Source of the DNA: Microbotryum violaceum
Lineage: Eukaryota
Direction: 5' to 3'
Length of the DNA stretch: 64,000 bases
NCBI GenBank assembly: GCA_001244265.2
Contig: CDLV01000016.1
Location: forward strand, 558,001 to 622,000
Below are positions 25,131 to 39,800 of this stretch, piece by piece; the first letter of the stretch is position 1; the number at the start of each line of letters is the position of its first letter. Under the pieces are notes generated by a model, which searched no databases, was not told where the DNA came from, and was given only the letters and a program-made list of their open reading frames with translations. The position numbers and the translations under genes are program-made.

Positions 25131-25739
25131 ATTAGTCCAAGGGAGAATATTCACAGCAGTCTCGTCAGATCGTTATTTCGGATTGGTCAATTGTCTTGTT
25201 GATTTGATCTGGTGTGGCAGAAGCGAGCTGTTGGAGCATTGCGTCATTGGTAACTAGTTCGATTGGAATTGGAAGCGGTGGTGAGCCCATCACGATTGCA
25301 GTGTTTGTTTCAAGATTTCGAGCTCAAGGTTACATTTTGCCCTCTTCTTTGCAACAGAACATCCTGCTCCCGTCGCTCCCGCTGGGCATTTTGAGCGAGA
25401 GGGCTGTGTGTGGGCATATACCATGCGCGGGTCATTGAGTGGCAGCAGAGTCAGGAGAAAAGCAAAGAATCAGTGGCCCGGCCGCAAAGCCACTCACATT
25501 GCTGCTCGTTGTCACCAATTCACTCTTGACCTCACCACAGGTTTCCTTCTTGTGTTTGTCCAGCACCTGCTTGACCGTCTTCATCAAGTCCTGCACCGTT
25601 GGCACCATTGCTGCCCTGAAAATATAGCAAACCTTGACCTTGGCGAGCGTTTGCCCATTGTCACCATTCCTTCCCATAGCCTTGCCCTTGCGCCATACGT
25701 GTGCAAACTTGTCCCGCACGCTGGCCACAATACAGTTCT

Positions 25740-27580
25740 AGAGTCGGGTAGCTGGAAGGCCTTGTGAAGCAATGCGAGCTTGGAGTCCAAGAAGGACTGA
25801 TTGTTGGACATGATGAGACTGTTGTCAACATAGAGAGTGATGATAGCAAACGAAGTGCCCAAATGTTTGATGTAGAGGCAAGCATTGGCAGTTGCCCTAA
25901 TGAAGCCTCGAGACACCATGAGATCATTGACGGCTCGATACCATTCATGGGGCGCCTGTTTGGTGCCATACATTGAACCCACGAGCTTGAGGCACTTGCC
26001 AGGGGATTGGGGACAATTCCATCCTTTTGGGTATCGAACATAGACATCCTCGGTCATCTTGCCGTTGAGAAGGGCGCAGTCAAAATTGAACTGTTCGAGA
26101 TACAGGCCCTGAGCAGCAGCCAGAGCAATCAAGAGCAGAATTGTCAAAGAACAAGCGACAAGAGCGTAGGTGTCATGGTACTTGATGCCTGGGCATTGAG
26201 CAAATCCTTGAGCAACAAGACAAGCTTTGAAACAAATGATTTTGCCATTTGCATTGCGCTTGATACTGTAGACCCAGATTGTGCCGAGTACCCAAATTCC
26301 TTTGTGCCACTTGACATCCTGAAAGACTCCATGATGATTGAATTGTAGAAGTTCTGAGACCATTGCTGCACTCCAATGGTTGCAATAGGGTGACTTCATG
26401 GCTTCCTCAAATGTCTTGGGTATCTTGATGTCTTCTTTGGCAAACACGGCAGCACAGTAGGCATCATAGGGAAGCTTGTTGTGGAACATGGGTGGAGTAT
26501 CCAAGACATTGACCATGATAGCCAAAATGATGGGAAGTATATTTTCCAGAGGTTGAGGTCAACAACATGAACCAGCAGGAAGGTTGTTGGGAAGGATCAA
26601 CATTCTCAAATTGGCCAGGATTTGGACCAGTGCAAACAATGGCGTAACCTTCACAAGGAGCGAGAGCAACTTCTGCCTCACCGTTGAGTGGTTCTTCTGC
26701 GTCATGATAGTTATCAGGTCCATTGTTGTCATCCTTACAAGGAACAACTGCAAGATCCCCCCCTCTGTTGACCAACTCCAATTGGAACCACCGGAGGAGG
26801 CTGTGGATCCGGCAAACTTGGATTCACAACAGGTGAAGTTGGTGTAGACGGCAACACATCTGGCGGAGGATGAGGAGGTTGAGAATGATGAACGGGATCA
26901 GAAGCATCTGCACGATCTTGAGACAAAGTGAAGACGGAAGGAGTCTCAAGGAATGTGACGTGACGCAAAACGTAGACCTGTTTCAACAATTGGACCCAGA
27001 CACGGTAGTTGTATTCACCGGAGTACCTGATGAAAACTCCTTGAATGGAGCAAGGTGCAAGCTTGGAGCGACTGGGAACGTGGACAAACACCGTAGATCT
27101 GAATGGTTGAAGATGAGCAAGACTTGGCTTCTTGCCAAGAAGAACTTCGATCGGTGTTTTTCCTTGAATACAAGGATGTGGTCAACAATTAAGAACAAAT
27201 GTTGCAACGGCCAGAGCATCTGACCAGAATTGCATGGGAAGACCGGAGTCGAGGAGCATTGATCAAACGAGACCCATGAGAGATCCATTGAGTTGCTCTA
27301 CTTGTCCATTTTGCTCTGGAGTATAGGGGGCCGTGAATTCCACGATGATGCCCTGCTTTTCAAGGAGAGCCCGGAACAATGAGTTGTCAAATCCACAACC
27401 ATTGTCCAATCTGTCCCGTTTGATGCTCGGACTCGGCTTGAAACTTCGACCATGCTTTGATAATCATCTCAGCCCTCTTGTCCTTTAGCACAATCATCCA
27501 TTTAGCTGTTGAATACTGATCTACGATAGCGAGATAGATAATATTGCCATGGTGATTGGGATGATCAACAAACCCAAGAT
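25740..27580 (-). pseudogene. Degenerate Ty1/Copia integrase-RT fragment
   Basis: TAPYTPEQNG, FWSDAL, PKTFEEAM, FKACLVAQGF, MYGTKQ, ITLYVDN; many stops. Confidence 0.85.
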
Positions 27581-30203
27581 CAATGAAGACGCGGTAGAGT
27601 GCATGAGGCGCTTTGGTACTCTTGTTGGAGAAGGGTGATCACTTTGACTTGGCCTGGATGCACAAGAAGCAAGGAGTAACCTTTTCGTCCTTCAGAGTGA
27701 TGCCAGTGATAGCCCCAGATTTGACGGCCAAAATGATTGCCACAGGAGATTGATGGCCCAACTTCCGATGTGCTTCCATCTATGAGGAGCAGCGCAGTGA
27801 GCAAACAAAGATGCCAAGTAGAAGAGGATAGGGAACATTAAGGGAAGAAAGGGAGAGAGCCGCGCTAGTCACGGCCTCAGGTAGTCTAAGTCAGAATCTA
27901 AAGAGGTCCGAGCGCAAAGCGCAAGCGCGCCCTAGTTCCCATTCCCCAATCTCTGCATGCTGGAGTTGAGAGTGCCCCTGCAATGTAGTGTACACAATGA
28001 CACCCCCCCCCCCCCTCCCCCCTCGCTCTCAGGCTCCAGGTATTTGGAGGCCTAGACTTTTGCGGTGCCATACAAAGAGCTTCGGGTCAAGGGCCTTGGT
28101 GAGGATGTCGGAGACCATGTCGGCTGTGGCAATGTATTCAACCTTGATCTCACCCTTTTTGACCATCTCTCCTGCACAAAGTGCTCCCGGATGCGAACAT
28201 GACAAGTGCCTGAGAACAATGTCAGGTTGCGTGTCAATGAATTTGCACCTTGATTGTCACCGTAGATCAAGGTGGGTCCCGTTCCTCCAAGAGCTGCTGA
28301 AGGTGAACAGCCTCTTTTGAAGACTGGGAGAGGGCAATGTACTCAGCGTCGATGGTAGAGTCAGCAACATGGGATGACCGTTTCAAACACCAGGAGATTG
28401 TTGCACCAGCCAGAAAATATGCATAGCCCATTGTCAACTTGGACATCCGAACACACACGCCCCAGTTCGAGTTGGAGTAGCCATAGAGCGGACCGGGAGT
28501 AGGCATGTAGCAAAGAGCGCACAAGACTGTACCTTGAATGTAGCGCAGAACGTGTTTGATTGCAGTCCAGTGCGTCGGTCCGGGCTCCTTGGCAAAACAT
28601 GCGAGATAGCTGACAGCATAGGCAAGATTGGGACGAGTACCAAGTGCGGCGTACATCAGGGAGCCAATTGCCTGAAGATAGCGCGTTCGCTCCTGGTCAG
28701 AAGGCAAGGATTGATCGAGCTCAAGGAGGAGATACTTCTGCATTGGTGTGCTGGTGGGCTTGGCAAGAGCAAGGTCAAATTGTTCAAGCACGTCCTGTAG
28801 GTAGCGCTCTTGAGAGAGGGTAATGGAGCCATCATTGCTACGTTTGAGTTGAATGCCAAGAACGTACTCCGCATCGCCAAGTCGCTTGATTCTGTACATA
28901 TCCTCAAGTGTGGACAGAACTTGCTCAATCTTGTCGTCCAAGGGGCCAATGAGGAGCAAGTCGTCGACATAGAGCGCAATGTGGTGCTAATTGTTGCTGT
29001 GTCGCTTTGTGTAGACGCAGAGATCCAAGACCGTGGGCTTGTAGCCGAGTGAACGGAGGGTCGAGTTGATCTCTTTGTTCCAGATGTGTCCAGCCTGCTT
29101 GAGCCCATAGATGGATTGTTTGAGCTTGAGAATCTTACCCGGCAAGTCGATACCCTGTGGTAGTTGCATGTAGAGAAGCTGGTCAAGCTTGCCGTGCAGA
29201 TAGGCCTTGTTAATGTCAGCTTGCTTGATCTTGTAGCCTTGCAAGACAACAATCACAACGAGGGCTCGGATTGATGTAAAGCAAACAACAGGGGAATAAC
29301 GCTCCTGGAAGTCGAGGCCCGGGCATTGAGTGCTCCCATCAGCAACTAGGCGAACCTTACGCAATTTGACATTGCTGAACTGATCACGCTTGGTGCGAAA
29401 GACAAAGTGGGAGCGGAGCAGCTTGGCACTGTCGGGCAGGGCGGCTTGGTCGACAATGACGTAGACCTTGTACTGGTTCAGCAGCGACGTAAACTCATTG
29501 ATGGCTTTGGTTTGCCACTCCTTGGCGTGGGGAGATCACATTGCTTGGTGCCTGTGTGCCAGGTCAGCGTTGCGAGAAGGGAGCATGTCAAGTGGAGCGT
29601 TGGGTGAGGCATTGTGGGCGGCGTAGGCAAGTACCTGAGCTGGGTCGAGCAAGGCGTTGTCAGCAATAGACCGCACCACGTGTGAGAGCAATGCGATTGG
29701 GTCCTCGGAGTTGTCGTTGCTATCTGGCCATGGTGGTGACTCCAGAAGGACATTCCTGATGGGGGCAACGGGGCCAGAGCCGGGTTCAGCGTCGGCGTGA
29801 CCGGTGATGATGTCAAGCTCATCCGCAGAATTTTCCGAGGGTGATGAAGCTGGGAGTGCGGGATTACTGCGAACACGTGGCAACGGGCAGGGCGTGTCGA
29901 TCACCGAATTAGAGTCAGACAAGTTGGATGATGCAGAAAATGTGAGCAAGGCCGCGGGTGACGGTTCAATGGACGCGTCAGGCAACAACGTGGGCAACGC
30001 CGGAGTTGGAGGTGCAACGGGAACGGCTGGTACCGGAGCTGGTGCCAGGACGGGGTGCAGCACAGTTGTAGGGATGACAGAGGGCGGTTTGGGCTCGCAG
30101 ACATGTTGCGGGGCGGCAGGGAACTTGGTCTCCACAAATGTGATGTTGCAACTGATGCAAGTGGACTAGGTGTCAGAGTACGCTGGGTGTCAGGATTGTA
30201 TAA

Positions 30204-30362
<159 letters not shown>

Positions 30363-30565
30363 TAGGCCTTGGCATGTTGGTCATAACCCACAAAGATCAG
30401 TGGGATCTTCTTTGGTTCGAGCTTGGTGCGGTCATGCTGCGGGATGGTGGCCCAGGCGTGGCAACCAAACGTGTGGAGTCGTGAGAGATCTTGGGGAATG
30501 CTGTGCCAGATCGCATCTGGTACACCACCGTTGATCCCTGCATGTGGCGTGAGTTTCTTGCAGTC

Positions 30566-30938
30566 TGTCACGAATCAGCAGTCCGAGGTCTGAGTGCAGT
30601 GCCACCGCGCAGCTTACTCAGTGCTGGGAACTTTCTAGGAGCTTCCAGTTATCTCTATGATCTTGCGCCTTGATCACTTCCTTTGGCTTCAACTTGCTTC
30701 CATGAGTTTCTGTCGCTTTCCCTGGGTTTTCCTGCGACTATAAATAGGCCTTCTGTGTAGAAATCACTCTTGTCTTCCTTCTGCAATCTTGATCTCATAG
30801 TCAACTCCCCCAGTAACCTCCAGCTCCCTCGGCCTCTGTTCTAGTACTCTTACAAGAACAACTACATCAATCCCGCATCTTGTCCCATCATCCTTGCTAT
30901 TGCTTGCTGCCTGCGGCTCAGCAACCTCAACCCTGACA
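30566..30938. mobile_element. Solo LTR (373 bp) with TSD CAGTC
   Basis: TGTCA...TGACA, with CAGTC at 30561-30565 and 30939-30943. Confidence 0.88.
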
Positions 30939-31049
30939 CAGTCAAGATAGTACTGCGTCGCTTCTTCCCAGAGATGGGCCGGGAGACCGGAGTCGTGGAG
31001 CAGAGTCAAGACGCCTTCGACAATCAATCAATTAAGTCGCTTGGCGCAA

Positions 31050-31305
31050 GGACCCATGAAAGCCCAGCCTGAGGCGCGTAGGTAAAATCAGCCAAAATCC
31101 CGGATTTTGGACCTCATTTGTCCACCCTTTTTGGGTGTATTCACCCAAAAATGGCCTTCAAATGTCCAGTCCATCTACGCTCCAACAGCTCTAAAATTGC
31201 TTCAGATGTTCTATAACATCTCCAAAAATTGCGATTTTGGCTTTTCTAGGGCCAAAATTTGTCCACTCTTTACCTACGCACCTCAGGTTGGGCTTTTGGG
31301 GGTCC
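31050..31305. mobile_element. MITE with ~37-bp TIRs (Mutator-like)
   Basis: GGACCCATGAAAGCCCAGCCTGAGGCGCGTAGGTAAA versus inverted TTTACCTACGCACCTCAGGTTGGGCTTTTGGGGGTCC. It interrupts the integrase NGRAERLN motif and has a degenerate 8-10 bp TSD. Confidence 0.8.
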
Positions 31306-31814
31306 ATCGGCACGTCTGTTCAGTTTGGGTGTGTAGGGCATTGACTTGTCGCGACAAATCCCTTGCTCCGTGCAAAACTTGTTGAAAGCAGTGTACTTGC
31401 CACCGTTGTTGGAATGCAGTGTTTTGATCTTGGCTCCTGATGCGTTCTTGACTTCAGCCTTCCAGCGCTGAAAGGCAGCCAGTACGTTACTTTTGCAAAG
31501 GAGTGGGAAGGCCCAAGCTTTGCACAAGAAGTCGTCAATGAAGGTGATCAGGTAGCGTCGGCCGCTCACGGAAGGCTCAGGGAACATGAGTAGGTCTGAG
31601 TGAACCAGCCCAAGGGGAAGTGAAGTGTGAGACTCGGACACAGGGAAAGGTAGCTTGTGCGCCTTGGAAGCCATGCATGCATCACATTTGAAATCATTGC
31701 AATCATTGTCGCTATAAGTCCACTCAATACCCTTCACCTGATTGCTTTTGGCCAGCTTCCTGAGGGTGGGAAGAGAGCAGTGACCAAGGCAGCGGTGAAG
31801 GGTCAGCAGTGAGA

Positions 31815-32099
31815 GGGAGAGAGATCTTCATTTCAAGACTGTATTGCGCTTAAGCACATGTAGTCCGCCAGAAATATCTGAACAAAAATATAGAGGGGTT
31901 ATTGGGGAGTACTGTACAGTGGGGGTGGTTTTTTTAGAAAATATGTTGAGAAATTTGATGCGGAATAAAATCCAGGGAAATTTTTGTTGGGTGGAAACCT
32001 CCGCGCACCCTCGAGCGTAAAACACCGAGTCGAGAAAGGGTCCAAGCGCTGCGCATGCGCAAGCTCAAAAACGCTCTAAGTTGAGTCAAGAAGGGGTCC
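31815..32099. mobile_element. ~285-bp insertion with a 10-11 bp TSD ((C)AGCAGTGAGA) and no evident TIR
   Basis: CAGCAGTGAGA at 31804-31814 and 32099-32109, interrupting the Copia KVSLLTLH codons. Confidence 0.75.
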
Positions 32100-32557
32100 A
32101 GCAGTGAGACCTTGGGAGTACGAGCAGCAATGAGAGCGGTGTGCGTACATAGATGGGCATCCAAGTGGAAGAGCCGGTCAGATTTGGCCAAACCCGTGCA
32201 GACGCGCTTACCCCCCCTGTCCAGCAAGACTTGTCCGTCTTTGGTGAATGAAGCCATGATGCCGTCGTTGGTGAGCATGAAAATGGAGATGAGATTCCCA
32301 AGACAGCCCGGAATGAAGAAGACATTGGACAGGCAAATGCGCTTGCCTGTTGAAGCGACGAGCTCAATGACACCAGTGCCATGCAAAGAAAGCACCCCCC
32401 CTACGCCGCCAATCTGCACACAAGGAGTGTTGTGTAGCTCAAAGAAGGCATTTGAGTCATTGACCATGTGGTGACTGGCGGCAGAGTTGAGGAGGAGGCT
32501 AGGTGAGTCCAATGTGACCAAGAGGAACAAAGCAGCCGCAAAGGAGACACTGGGGAT

Positions 32558-35500
32558 TGTCTCCGAGACCTCACCAGGGTCATCCTGTGGTACTCGGGAT
32601 CCCATTGCGTGCAGCAATGTCGGAAATGAGATGGGACTCCTGATCTCGTCGACTGAATTAGGCTTGGGTCATGCGGGCAACGGCTAATTTGGTGGTCTTG
32701 GGGATCGGGCTGGAGTTGCCTAGTCGGGAAGTGCAGATTTGGCTAACTCAGCCTAGTACCACATGAGCGGATAAAAGTTCAGGACAAAGTATGGCGTGAT
32801 TGCCGATTGTCGGAAAAGAGGAGGAAGCTGGGCCGGAGGGGTTGGAGTGTCCTGGCATTGGAGGGGAGTTCACTGCTTGTTTTTAGGTAGACAACTTCAA
32901 GGATCCAATTCAGCATCTTAGCTGGTTCTCACTTTCTGCGTGTTTTGTTCTTGTACTCGGTCTCGTTTTCCCTTGTCATTTCATATCATCTTTGATCAAC
33001 CACTTTGCTATACCATAACTGGGGAGTCAGCCGGGATTTCTCTTTGTTTCTGCACAAAGGATGCCCTCAAGCCCTAGCCCGTGGTCAGCATCAATGATCT
33101 CAACTTGCCTTTGACACATTGTCATTGGCAGCCCCTGGATATCTTGGAAGGAGGAAAGGAAGGAAAAGGAAGGAAGAATGGTGGAACACTTGGCATTACA
33201 TGAATTGGAACAAAATGGCAAAGGCAACGGAGGCGGAATGGGAAGGGACGAAGTACACAGGGCGGATGGAAATGGTGACAGAAGGACTAGGGACTTGGGT
33301 GGTCATAGCAGGACTCATGAGGGGCTTGGAGATAGAAGGGAGGAGTTGAAGATGGGACCAAGGCAGGGATGAGGGATGGGGAGTGCAAGGAAGAATGGGT
33401 GGAGCAGCTGCGGCGGAGATTGTGGAAACATTGGCAACCCTTGAAAACCCTTACTTAGCGAGGAATGTGGCGTACCCATTGAATGGCCGTAACACGGAGA
33501 AGTTCTTGAGGGAGTATGAGCCCCTATTTAGCGCGCGCTTCACAACCCCTGAGATGTACTGCAAACATCTTCACAATGTGGTGCCTCATTGTTACATGCG
33601 AGTGATTGAGGAGTGGGATGAGTTTAAGGATTTGAACTGGGAGGGGGTGAAGGAAAGGATGGTTGAGGAGTTTGGGGAAGGGGACAATGACAATTTGCCG
33701 GACCATCTATATGAGGTGATTGATCGTCAGTTGGAGGGACGGAGCAAGATCAGGACTCAGCAGGACCTGGATGACTATTACCGCCGCTTCAAGTGTCACT
33801 CCAAGCCCCTGGTGAAGAAAGAGGTCCTCTCGTGGCAGAGTGAGTTGTTGCTGTTCCTCAAAGGTTTGCCTAGAGAGCTGGTAAAGGAGTACGAGTCACT
33901 TTGTAAATTGGCGCATTCCCTTCTTCCTTTGGCGGAGCAAATGGCCAGAGACCGGGAAGCGGCAACCGGCTGGCGAGTCACAAGCGCTGAGATGGTGGAG
34001 ATCAGGAAGAAGCACAAGGAGGATGACCTGAAATACCGTCGAGAGCTTCGTATTGGGGAGTTGTATGGAGAGATGCTCAAGCTGCTCAGAGGAGGAGGTC
34101 ATACGTTGCGTTGAGGAAGGGATACCTGGATACCTGCAGGAGAGACTTCTACAATTCGGACTCAGACTCGGAAGAAGAGGCAGAGGATCGCAGGGATAGG
34201 TGGTGCAATGACAGGTCGCCCAGTCCCGGGCCTAGGAGTGTTCGTTTCTTGGGATTGCCCCTATCTTTCATTTGTTGTCAGTAGTCAGAGTCCATGCCAT
34301 CGACTGCCACACAATCAGCCTTGTCTTGCAGGAGTTGATCGGGAGCGGGACCGGAGGACAATGGATCAAGGAGCTCGAGTCTGCTGGACAACTTCATCAA
34401 CAACTTTTGCCGCTTGGTTGTGAACACAACGATGATGTTGCAGGAACTGGCAACAATGAAGCAGGAGTTTGCTTGCTTCCAACAACCTGGCTCTTTCTAC
34501 GGCGGTAATGTTCAGGGTCCTCAGCAGGGGCAATCTGGTAACCAAGGGCAAGCTCAGAGGGGTTCTCAAGGCTTTGGCTATGGAGGAGGACCGGACGCAA
34601 ACATGCGAGGGGGACAGCCTCAACCCAACGGATACGCTATTGGCACCAATGCAACTCCCTATACGCCTCGTAATCCTGGACTTGACTGTCGTGGTTACGG
34701 ACTTGGAGGTCATCCGACTTGCGCCTGTCCTAAGGTCTTGGAACGTAAGTCAAAGGGGGACATGACTGAAGGAGAATTGGGGAGGTATTATTTCCAGGGT
34801 TGCAAGTGTCCATTGCCGCACCATTTGCCGGAGGGGATGCCGACATATGAGGCTCTTTGGGATGCGTGGGAGAAGGGTTTGAAGCAGAGGAACAGTGCGA
34901 ACCAGGGAGTAAATGGATCAATGGGACAGGATGGTCAAGGAATGGGATTGGCGATGCGCACAGACATTGGATTCTTCTCTTTGGCAGACAAGCGGGATCA
35001 GGACGAAGCCCCTTTTGATGTTTACGCAGCTTCTTGACAGGTCCGTGCGCGCACTCCCAGTGGACCTTACAAAGAGGCGGTGGAGAAGGTGGCAAAGGAC
35101 AAGACTGTTTGTGGTGAACCTTGCCCTGTTTCAACACCACCTTGTGTTTTGTTTGATCTGTTGGCGAAGGAAGCAGGGAATGTCAAGGTGGAAGCATTGG
35201 AGGCACCATTGAGGGATGAGGAAATGACAGAAGCATTGGTCGCTACAAACGCAACATCCACTACTCGTTGCCGGGCTGCTCAAAGTATGCTGCGCACTCC
35301 TGTCTCACAGTGGTTTTTGATCCCGTTGGCTTTGGAACATGTCCTCAACGGCACCAAGGCCAAACTTCCTCTCGGTATGCTTCTTGCGGTTTCAAACAAT
35401 CTTTCCAAGGGTGTAGCGCAGCAATGTCAACGTTGCCGGGTCCCTATTGATGCCATGACTGTGTCTGGATATCATGACAAGATGTCAGAGAATGACTACG

Positions 35501-36840
35501 ACACTCACATCCTGCAAACAAACTCCGGTTTCAAGGATCAACTCTCTGCTTACTACTGTGCACCAATTGGCTGTATGAGGGTTGTCATCAACGGAAAGTC
35601 TGTTCTCGCCTTGGTTGATGGAGGTTCTCAGGTCTTGCTCATTCAGGAGGCTACGTGTCGGGAGCTCAGTATTGCATGCACTTTGACGGTCAGTCATTTG
35701 TTGCGCTCTCAGAACAACGGAGTTAAAGATCTTGGAAAGGTTTGCAGGAACGTGGCAGTGGGAGTGGGAGGTTTGGAGGACATCTGCAAGTTCTTCGCGT
35801 CCAAATCAAGTTTGACACAACCGGCAATTTTGCTCGGAAGCCCTTTCATGGCGGCGGCTTGCGGCAAACAAATGTGGCATGCGGATGGTACTTCTTTGTT
35901 GAACATGGAGATCAGAGGGGTTTTTATGACGGTGGACCTTTTGTTGGTTGGGTCTACAATGACAACAATTAGGGAGGACAGAGTTGGAGACGGGAACATT
36001 TGGGAGCATGACAACACCCGGGACAACTAATCGGAAAACTAGCAGAGGTTGGACTTGATGCACTCAATCTCTTTCATTGAGCTGATCCAGACTGTAACAC
36101 TATCAAGGGGGAGGTGTACAATACAAAGGACGACAATTTTCCATCATCTACGCGCGGCTATGACTTCTCCGCATCTTCTTGTGGTTTTGTCACAGCTTTT
36201 AGGCACAAGGAGTTGTTCGTCAGTGAGGGGGCAAGGGGCGAGGGGTGTGAGAAAAAGCATAGGGGTCAGGCAAAGGGTGTAGGGCCCAGAGGACTGGGGA
36301 TGAAAGTTTTGTCTGGGGGGAGGCAGGGTTCAGGAGAGGGAAGGGTAGCAGGAATGGGAGAAAGGGGAGGGGAAGGCAAGGTTGAATCAAAGGAAGGATT
36401 GGCAGAGGCAGGGGAGTCGGGAGCACCGGGTGGTGCAGTTGACAAATTAGAAAAGGCAACAAAAATAGGTTCAGTAGATTTGAGGCATGGATCAGCTTTG
36501 ATTTGTACCACTTCAGTCAGTAGCAATTCTACCGCAACTCTTTCAACTTACCCAAGTGCTGAATCTGGTGTTGCTGAGAGTTTTGCCAAAGGCCTACAAC
36601 TGGAAGGGAATGTTGATGGGGCCACACGGCTGAAGCAGTGGCTGCAGGATACTGAAAGGGAAGGGGGAGAGTGAGGGGTCAGAATCAGAGGAGAGGGAGG
36701 TGTTGAAGGAGTCAGAGGAGTCGGATTTTAGGGTGACTTGGATGATTTTGGATGACGCAAATGAGAAGGATGAGGGTTGGGACTTGGAGGAAGGTAAGGA
36801 AATTATTAAATTCCATACACTCTTGCTTAGATCAATCTCC
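32558..36840 (+). mobile_element. Degenerate Ty3/Gypsy-like element: 5' LTR (32558 to ~33116-33124), gag and protease, truncated before RT
   Basis: TGT start cutting the Copia; TGACA followed by a TGGCAGCC PBS-like motif; gag-like NGRNTEKFLREYE...W.GVKERM; CRGYG..GH....CP knuckle relic; ALVDGGSQV protease; in-frame stops. Confidence 0.7.
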
Positions 36841-39800
36841 AATCCGCGCCGGGCCTAGCCGCCCGCGCTGCTTGGACCTCTCTTTGGACTTAGAGATATT
36901 TCGCACACTCGCACTGCGCGCCTCTTTAGTCTGCCCCCTAATGCTCCAAACTACTCCCTTACAACCGTACTCTGTCTTGAGTACTTACTGGTTGCCAATC
37001 CAGTCTCCCTCGAGGAGTACAAGTCTACAGGTTATGAGCCCGAGCTCACGCTGCCAACACCATCACCGTCACTTGCAACCATTGTGTTTGTCCTTGTCAC
37101 CATCTTCGTTCTGTACTACACCTTTGCCACCGCCCTCGCCCACACGACCGGCCGTTACTGTGATGATGTCACGCCTGCTCAAGCGGTGGTAAGTCTCTGA
37201 TCAAAGGACCAAGGGAGACCAGACCAAGAAGTTGCTTGTTACACACCTGCTCAAGCGGTGGTAAGTCTCTGATCGAAGGACCAAGGGAGACCAGACCAAG
37301 AAGTTGCTTGTTACACACCTGCTCAAGCACTACCGTAAGTTACCACATCTAGAGGGATGAAAGATGATAGGAACAGTAGTGCTCACCTGCTCAAGCGGTG
37401 GTAAGTCTCTGATCGAAGGACCAAGGGAGACCAGACCAAGAAGTTGCTTGAGCAGGAGAGAAACCAGGGAGGGGCCAGCTGGCTGGGCCTAAGTGCCCAG
37501 CCAGAGTCAGGCGCACGGACCTGGCCCAGAGTGGGAGAGCTAGAGTGGTGAAAAGTAGGCCAAAAGTGATCAAAATGAATAGAGGAGGATGTTGAGGTAG
37601 ATGCAAGATACAAGAAGGACATGAAGGAGATATTTGATCTCACACCCCCCTACTTCGAGTATCAGGGAGCACAGATACCGAGTCGACCGCGGTGCCGAGC
37701 AAAGAGGTCGCGTGACAATGCTTTGGTGAAGATGTCCGCTGTCATCTCACCAGTGTTGATGTACTGGACAACAATATCGCCCATGGAAACCATATCCCGG
37801 ACGAAGTGTTCGCGCAGGCGGATGTGCCGAGTCCGAGCATGAAATACCGGATTCTTGGTGAGAGCATTGGCACCTTGGTTGTCGCCGTAGATGAGGACGG
37901 GCTTTGAAGACGAAAGGCCAAGCTCACCAAAGAGCTGACGCAGAAAGATTGCCTCCTTACCAGCGTGTGACAGTGCAAGGTACTCGGCGTCACAAGTGGA
38001 GTCAGCAACGCGCGATTGAAGCCGGGAGGACCATGAGATGGCAGCACCTGCATAGACAAAAGTGTAACCCATGGTCGACTTGGAAGAGAGGACGCATGCA
38101 CCCCAGTTGCAGTCGGAGTAGCCCAAGAGCGGTGCCGGATCCCCACGAGTGTAGCGTAAGCCGTGAGGAAGAGTGCCAGCAATGTAACGGAAGGTGTGCT
38201 TGACAGCTCCCCAGGCAGCAGCAGAAGGCGAGTGAGAGAAGCGAGCCAAGTAACCGACGGTGTAAGCCAGGTCGGGCCGAGTACCAGTGGATGCATACAT
38301 GAGGGAGCCAATGGCTTGCAGGTACCGAGTGCGATCCGGAAAAGGGGTGGGCTGGAGCTCGACTTCAAGGCGGAGATCGGACTGCATGGGAGTTGCAACC
38401 GGATGGGCGTCGGACATGCCAAATCGAGCAAGGACGTCCTTGAGGTACTGCTCCTGACTCAGGGAGATGGAGCCGTCTGGAGAACGCCGGATCTGAATGC
38501 CGAGGACGTATTCCGCCTCACCAAGCCGTTTGACACCATAGCGCTGCTCAAGACCCTGAAGGGTACGCTCAATCTCGGGAGAGAGGGGCTGATCATGAGC
38601 AGGTCGTCGACATAGAGCGCAATGTAGTGGCGCACATCGCCCGTTGTCCTGACGTAGACGCAGTCGTCGGATTCGGTGGCAACATAGCCAAGCGCGGACA
38701 AGGCAGAGTCAATCTCGTCGTTCCAGATGCGACCGGCCTGGCGCAAGCCGTAGAGGGACCGATGCAGTTGGAGGACCTTGCCTGGCATGTAGATGCCATC
38801 AGGTACACGAATGTACAGGGGTGCATCGAGTTTGCCGTGCAGGTAGGCTTTGTCAATGTCGGCCTGGTGGACGTGGTACCCATGAGCAGCAGCAAGAGCC
38901 AGGAGTGCGCGGATGGAGGTGAATTTGGCCACGGGTGTGAAGGTCTCGTCGAAGTCGATGCCAGAGCGTTGGGAGTCACCACGAGTAACGAGACGGCCCT
39001 TGTAGGACTTGACTTGGCCATGCTGGTCGCGTTTGGTGCGGAAGACAAAGCGGGAGCCCAGGACCTTGGCGTCTGCTGGGACAAGGGACTCGTCAATTGG
39101 TGTGAACGCCGAAAAATCTCGCAAGAGTGAGTCAAACTCGTCGCGGGCCGCAAGACGCCATTCATCCGCTTGAGGGGTGGCCATGGCCGCTCGCCAGTGA
39201 GGTGGGTCGCGAGCGGGGGCAATCAGTTCCGCAGGGTCGGCGGGCGAGGTCTCAATGAGGGCGGCAGCGCCAGAGGCAAGGTAGGCCACGGCAGAGGGTG
39301 AGTGGAGTGCGTCATCCACATCGTCGGGAAACTCCTGCGCCTGGCATAGCAAAGCAACATCGCGTGGGCGTGGCAGGAGATTGATCGGGTCCGGGGAGTC
39401 GGACCGAGCGGGTGAGGATGGTGCTGGCAATACACGGGAGGCCACGGGGCGCGGGGAAGGACAAGGCGTGGAGATGGCCGAGTTGGAGCTGCCTTGGTCA
39501 GAGGCGCTTGATGCAGGAGATTCCGGGTCAGGGAGCTCACGAGCAGGGGAGCCTTGGTCAGGGGCAGGGGGTGCAAGCGAGTCCTGGTCAGGGACCTCGT
39601 GGGCAGGGGAGGGACGGCGCGGGCCCTGGTCAGGGGCTGCCGGCACGGGTCGAGGTGGCTCAGCGCGAGGCGCGAGTGAGCGAGGGGAAGCAACGAGCGA
39701 AGGCTCAAGGGGGTCTACCTGGTCAGGGTATGCGTCAACGGTGACGGGGAGTGGGATTGGTTCAGCGCGAACGTTGGTGGCTGGCCGGAGTGCAGGGAAC

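Noticed and set aside
37159..37460. Regularly spaced repeats resembling a CRISPR array (also 54560-54710 and 60070-60351)
   Set aside because: They are ~72-nt tandem units inside Copia LTRs, with no unique spacers and no cas genes, in eukaryotic DNA.
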